A DNA stretch of 64,000 bases from Diadema antillarum. Its lineage: Eukaryota. Shown here piece by piece: positions 55,001 through 58,800 of this stretch. Location of the stretch: positions 1 through 64,000 of the forward strand of contig NW_027271379.1 in assembly GCF_040938485.1 (NCBI RefSeq), written 5' to 3'. Numbering within the stretch: position 1 is the first letter of the stretch; each line of letters opens with the position of its first letter. Both the position numbers and the translations under genes were made by a program. A model generated the notes under the pieces. That model had not been told where the DNA came from and did no database searches. It saw only the letters and a program-made list of their open reading frames with translations.

Positions 55001-55768
55001 GTCCCCAGGAAAGTAAGCAACACTGTTTGTCGCAGGAAGCTAAAACTCACCGTTTGGCATACAAAAAAAAAAAAAATCACAACCGGACCCTCCGCAATGA
55101 TATCTTTAAAAACAGTGAATCAATGCAAATACAAATTCAGGGTATGAAACTATAACTCATTGCCCACATCTTACAGAAAACCCCATTCGATTTGCTCCAG
55201 TGGTCAAAGAGAAATGAGGAATTTGGTAGAGGATGTCAAGAATCTATTCCCTCCAAGTTCTGTCTATTGTATTCACAAACAAAAGCATTGAAGTGCTAAA
55301 CTTGGAAGAATCAGACTCATGACATGCTTTACAACTTTTCACATTTCTCTGTGACCGCTTAACCAAATTGAATGGGGTTTTCTGCAAAATAGAGCTAAGA
55401 TGTTATATTTTAAAACCCTATGTAGCATTTAGGCAGTTCAGTCATATTGAGTGTTATCAATGCGAAACTTCGATTGTAATTTTTTGGGGGGACATACTGT
55501 ACAATGTGAATGTGTACTTGCCCATGAACAGTTTGGAGGCTCTCACAGAAATTCCAATTATGGCAATGTCAGTGAAAGAAAATATCTAATTTTTTTTTCG
55601 TTTGGTCATGCCCTGCCAGAAAGAGTAGGCTTACCAGCGCTGGGTCCATCGTGGCCTCTGAGATGGCAGTGATGAGGGCCACATGGTCAAGGCTGAGTAT
55701 GGCTGTCAATAGCTCCTCTGTCTTGGTTCCATAGAGGGCGGGGATGACTTCTCCCTGACTCAATCCTG

Positions 55769-55816
<48 letters not shown>

Positions 55817-58800
55817 ATATAAAAACAAAAGCATCTGTGAGGTAATTGTAGTAACTTAATGTCTAGGGCATTGCTGCATATGTACAGTACTGTACGTGTA
55901 TACCATAGACAGTGATCACAAGATTAACTTTTATACAAAGTGGTACACTTTTCCAATGATTGTGTACACCATGTATAATTAGTTGATAACCCATACAGAA
56001 AGAGGTCTCATGACTATTGCAAACAAAAACTTCTCTTGAAGTAAAGCACTGTGCAATATTTCCTGCATTTGGTAAATGACATTATTGCCCTGTTGTATTT
56101 CATGTTTTGAAGTGTTGTTGGAACTTGGGTTCACGATATCACAGCTGCGTTGTAGCAGCACTGCAACAGTTACTGTACGAGAAAAAGACACAAAAGCACA
56201 AGTGGTGAGTAGTCCAAGGTTTTTGAAATATGAATTATGTTTTCATCAAAACTGTGATAATGAGATTACACTACATATATTGTATTTCATCCAGATCCAG
56301 ATCTACTATGTAATACTACACAAGATTATTACCTCCTGGTTGTTTTCACAATATAAAGGAAATAGCTATGGTATGGTGCCATATTCCATTCCCCCTCCAC
56401 CATTCTGGAAAATGGTGCCAGATTGTACATGTAGATATTAGCCTGTATTTCAATGACAAGGTACAGGTAATTAATAGTACTTTGCAAAAAATTCATCTGG
56501 CCTTATGAAATATGGCACCAGACCATAGATATTAAGCCTTTATTTCACAAACAAAGAGGGAGTGACTAAAACAATTTGTAGTAATTTGAAGAAAAAAAGA
56601 TAGCACACATTGAAATATGGCTCACCAGTCAAGACTGCATAGACCCTGTTGATTGCTGTCATTATGTGGAGGCCTGCATTCTGGCCAGCAGCCGCAGGAT
56701 AAATGTAGTCCAGCCCCTGTGGCACCGTCGTGTTCAACAGGCCCTCCACAAGCAAACTAAATCTAAAGCATGGAAATCAGATATAGCCCAATGATGATAA
56801 GATGTTCATTTCCATCAAAGCAAATCTCTTTGAGATGACTAAAAGTAGCAAAAGTAAAAGCTTGCAAAAAAATATTGCTTCTGATATCACAAATGCCCAT
56901 CTACGGTATCACTAAAGAGGTGAAAAAATCACCAAGCTACTAAGATAAGAAACTCTACTGTGCATTACAAAACAGAAGTCACAACATACATATTTCAAAC
57001 TAAGTAGTACTTAATCAAAATAAGTTTTAACCTGGTCTTAAACTCGTTAACGGTGGCTGATTGCCTTACAAACAGAGGGAAACTCTCCCACAACTTGGGA
57101 GCAGCATACATACATTTTGTACACGCCCTCTCACCAAGGGTAACAACAACACAGATGGCATGAGTATGATTTCACTTCAACTTTTATTTGATTACTTATA
57201 ACCACAAAAATACAACATGATCATTGTATTGCATGTACAATGTACTTTAAACCAGATGCCAGCCTTGAAGCCTCTAAGTACTTACTCTCTTGGAGACATG
57301 CTTGACAGCAGCGATGTAATGTTTTCAAAGGACCTGATAATGAAGAAATTGATAAAAAGAACATTTTAGAACATTGATGGCAATTTATTCAGCTGTAACA
57401 CACAAATCTCCAGCCACTTGTCATTGTCACAAGTACTACAAGGTTTAGCAGCTTCAACATCTTTTCATTGTTATTATTTTTGCTGCAACATTAACATAAT
57501 GATTTGCATTAATATTTAGTAGTAGCAGTACTTACACTGATCTTTTTTTTAACATACTTGCCATCCTAGTCATTAATCATACACTAATTTTATTATTGTT
57601 ATCATTACTGAAATCACCACAACTACTACCACTGATAATTTCATGATTGCAGAATACATACATACACGTAGACTATCGTCATAACCATCATCATTGCTAA
57701 CGTAATCATCCCTATTACACTGAGTGTCTTAACCCTAACTAGGCCGGGCTATTTAGGTAGTTGATAGAGCCGGGGGGGGGGGGGGGGGGGGGGCCTCCCA
57801 GGCCCCCCCTCCAGATCTCGGCCGTCGACCACGCGATCGCGACGAAAATTGGCACACACATTGCCTATGATGTAATCTAAAATACCATGAAGTTAATTTT
57901 TCAAAAAATTATCATCTATGCTAAATTATGCTAATTTATGCATAATGATGCATGAAATCAGACTATTTGGTATAAATCACAAAATAAAGCTCAAAACAGG
58001 CACATTTTTTGTGTAAATATTCTTTTTAGTGTCCTTAGCAAATGTAATAAAAAAGAATTGTGATATCAGAAAAAATTCTTAAGTATTCTATTGTTTTTTG
58101 AATTTCTTATGTATTTCTTTGTTTTTTTCGAATTTATGTTTTTCATTGTTTTTTCGATGGAATTTGTTCACGACATTGCTCCAAACAAGAAAATATGTGA
58201 TTGTTATTCACTGATTTTAATCAATAAAACACCAAAATAATCATGCTTTTATGAAATTTGCCTGCAAGCACAGTTTGCATTGAAATTGTACACGAATTCA
58301 CGTTTTTGAGCAATTTTTGGTCTGACATGCATGTACAAATTGATGCGTAACTTCGGAACCGCGCGCCCGGGCGTCGCAAATTTGGTGTCAAAAGATGCGG
58401 GAGACTCGAAAGAAAAAAGTCATGAAACGTCGCGGCAATAGCTTTTTGCGATTGCGATACATCGCGCGGAATGTCGAGGGGGGGGGCCTCGGAGCCCCCC
58501 CCCCCCCCCCCCCCCCCCGGCCTAGTTAGGGTTAATGATTATAGTTCATTTACAATTCTGCACAAATATATCAGAAGTGCAATGAAAAAAAAATGATTTC
58601 AGACATAAAATGATCAACCACATCGTCAGCACATTCAATCGCATATCAAAATTCCAGGCATGCCAAGTGCAGAAGTAACTTGCTAACTGAATCCTTGACG
58701 CATCTGCCATCATTCAAAATAAAGATAAAACAGTTCAACTTGTTTCTCAGTTACATATTTGCAAGCACAGATTCCTTCCTTTTTCTTGTTTTCTATTTTT

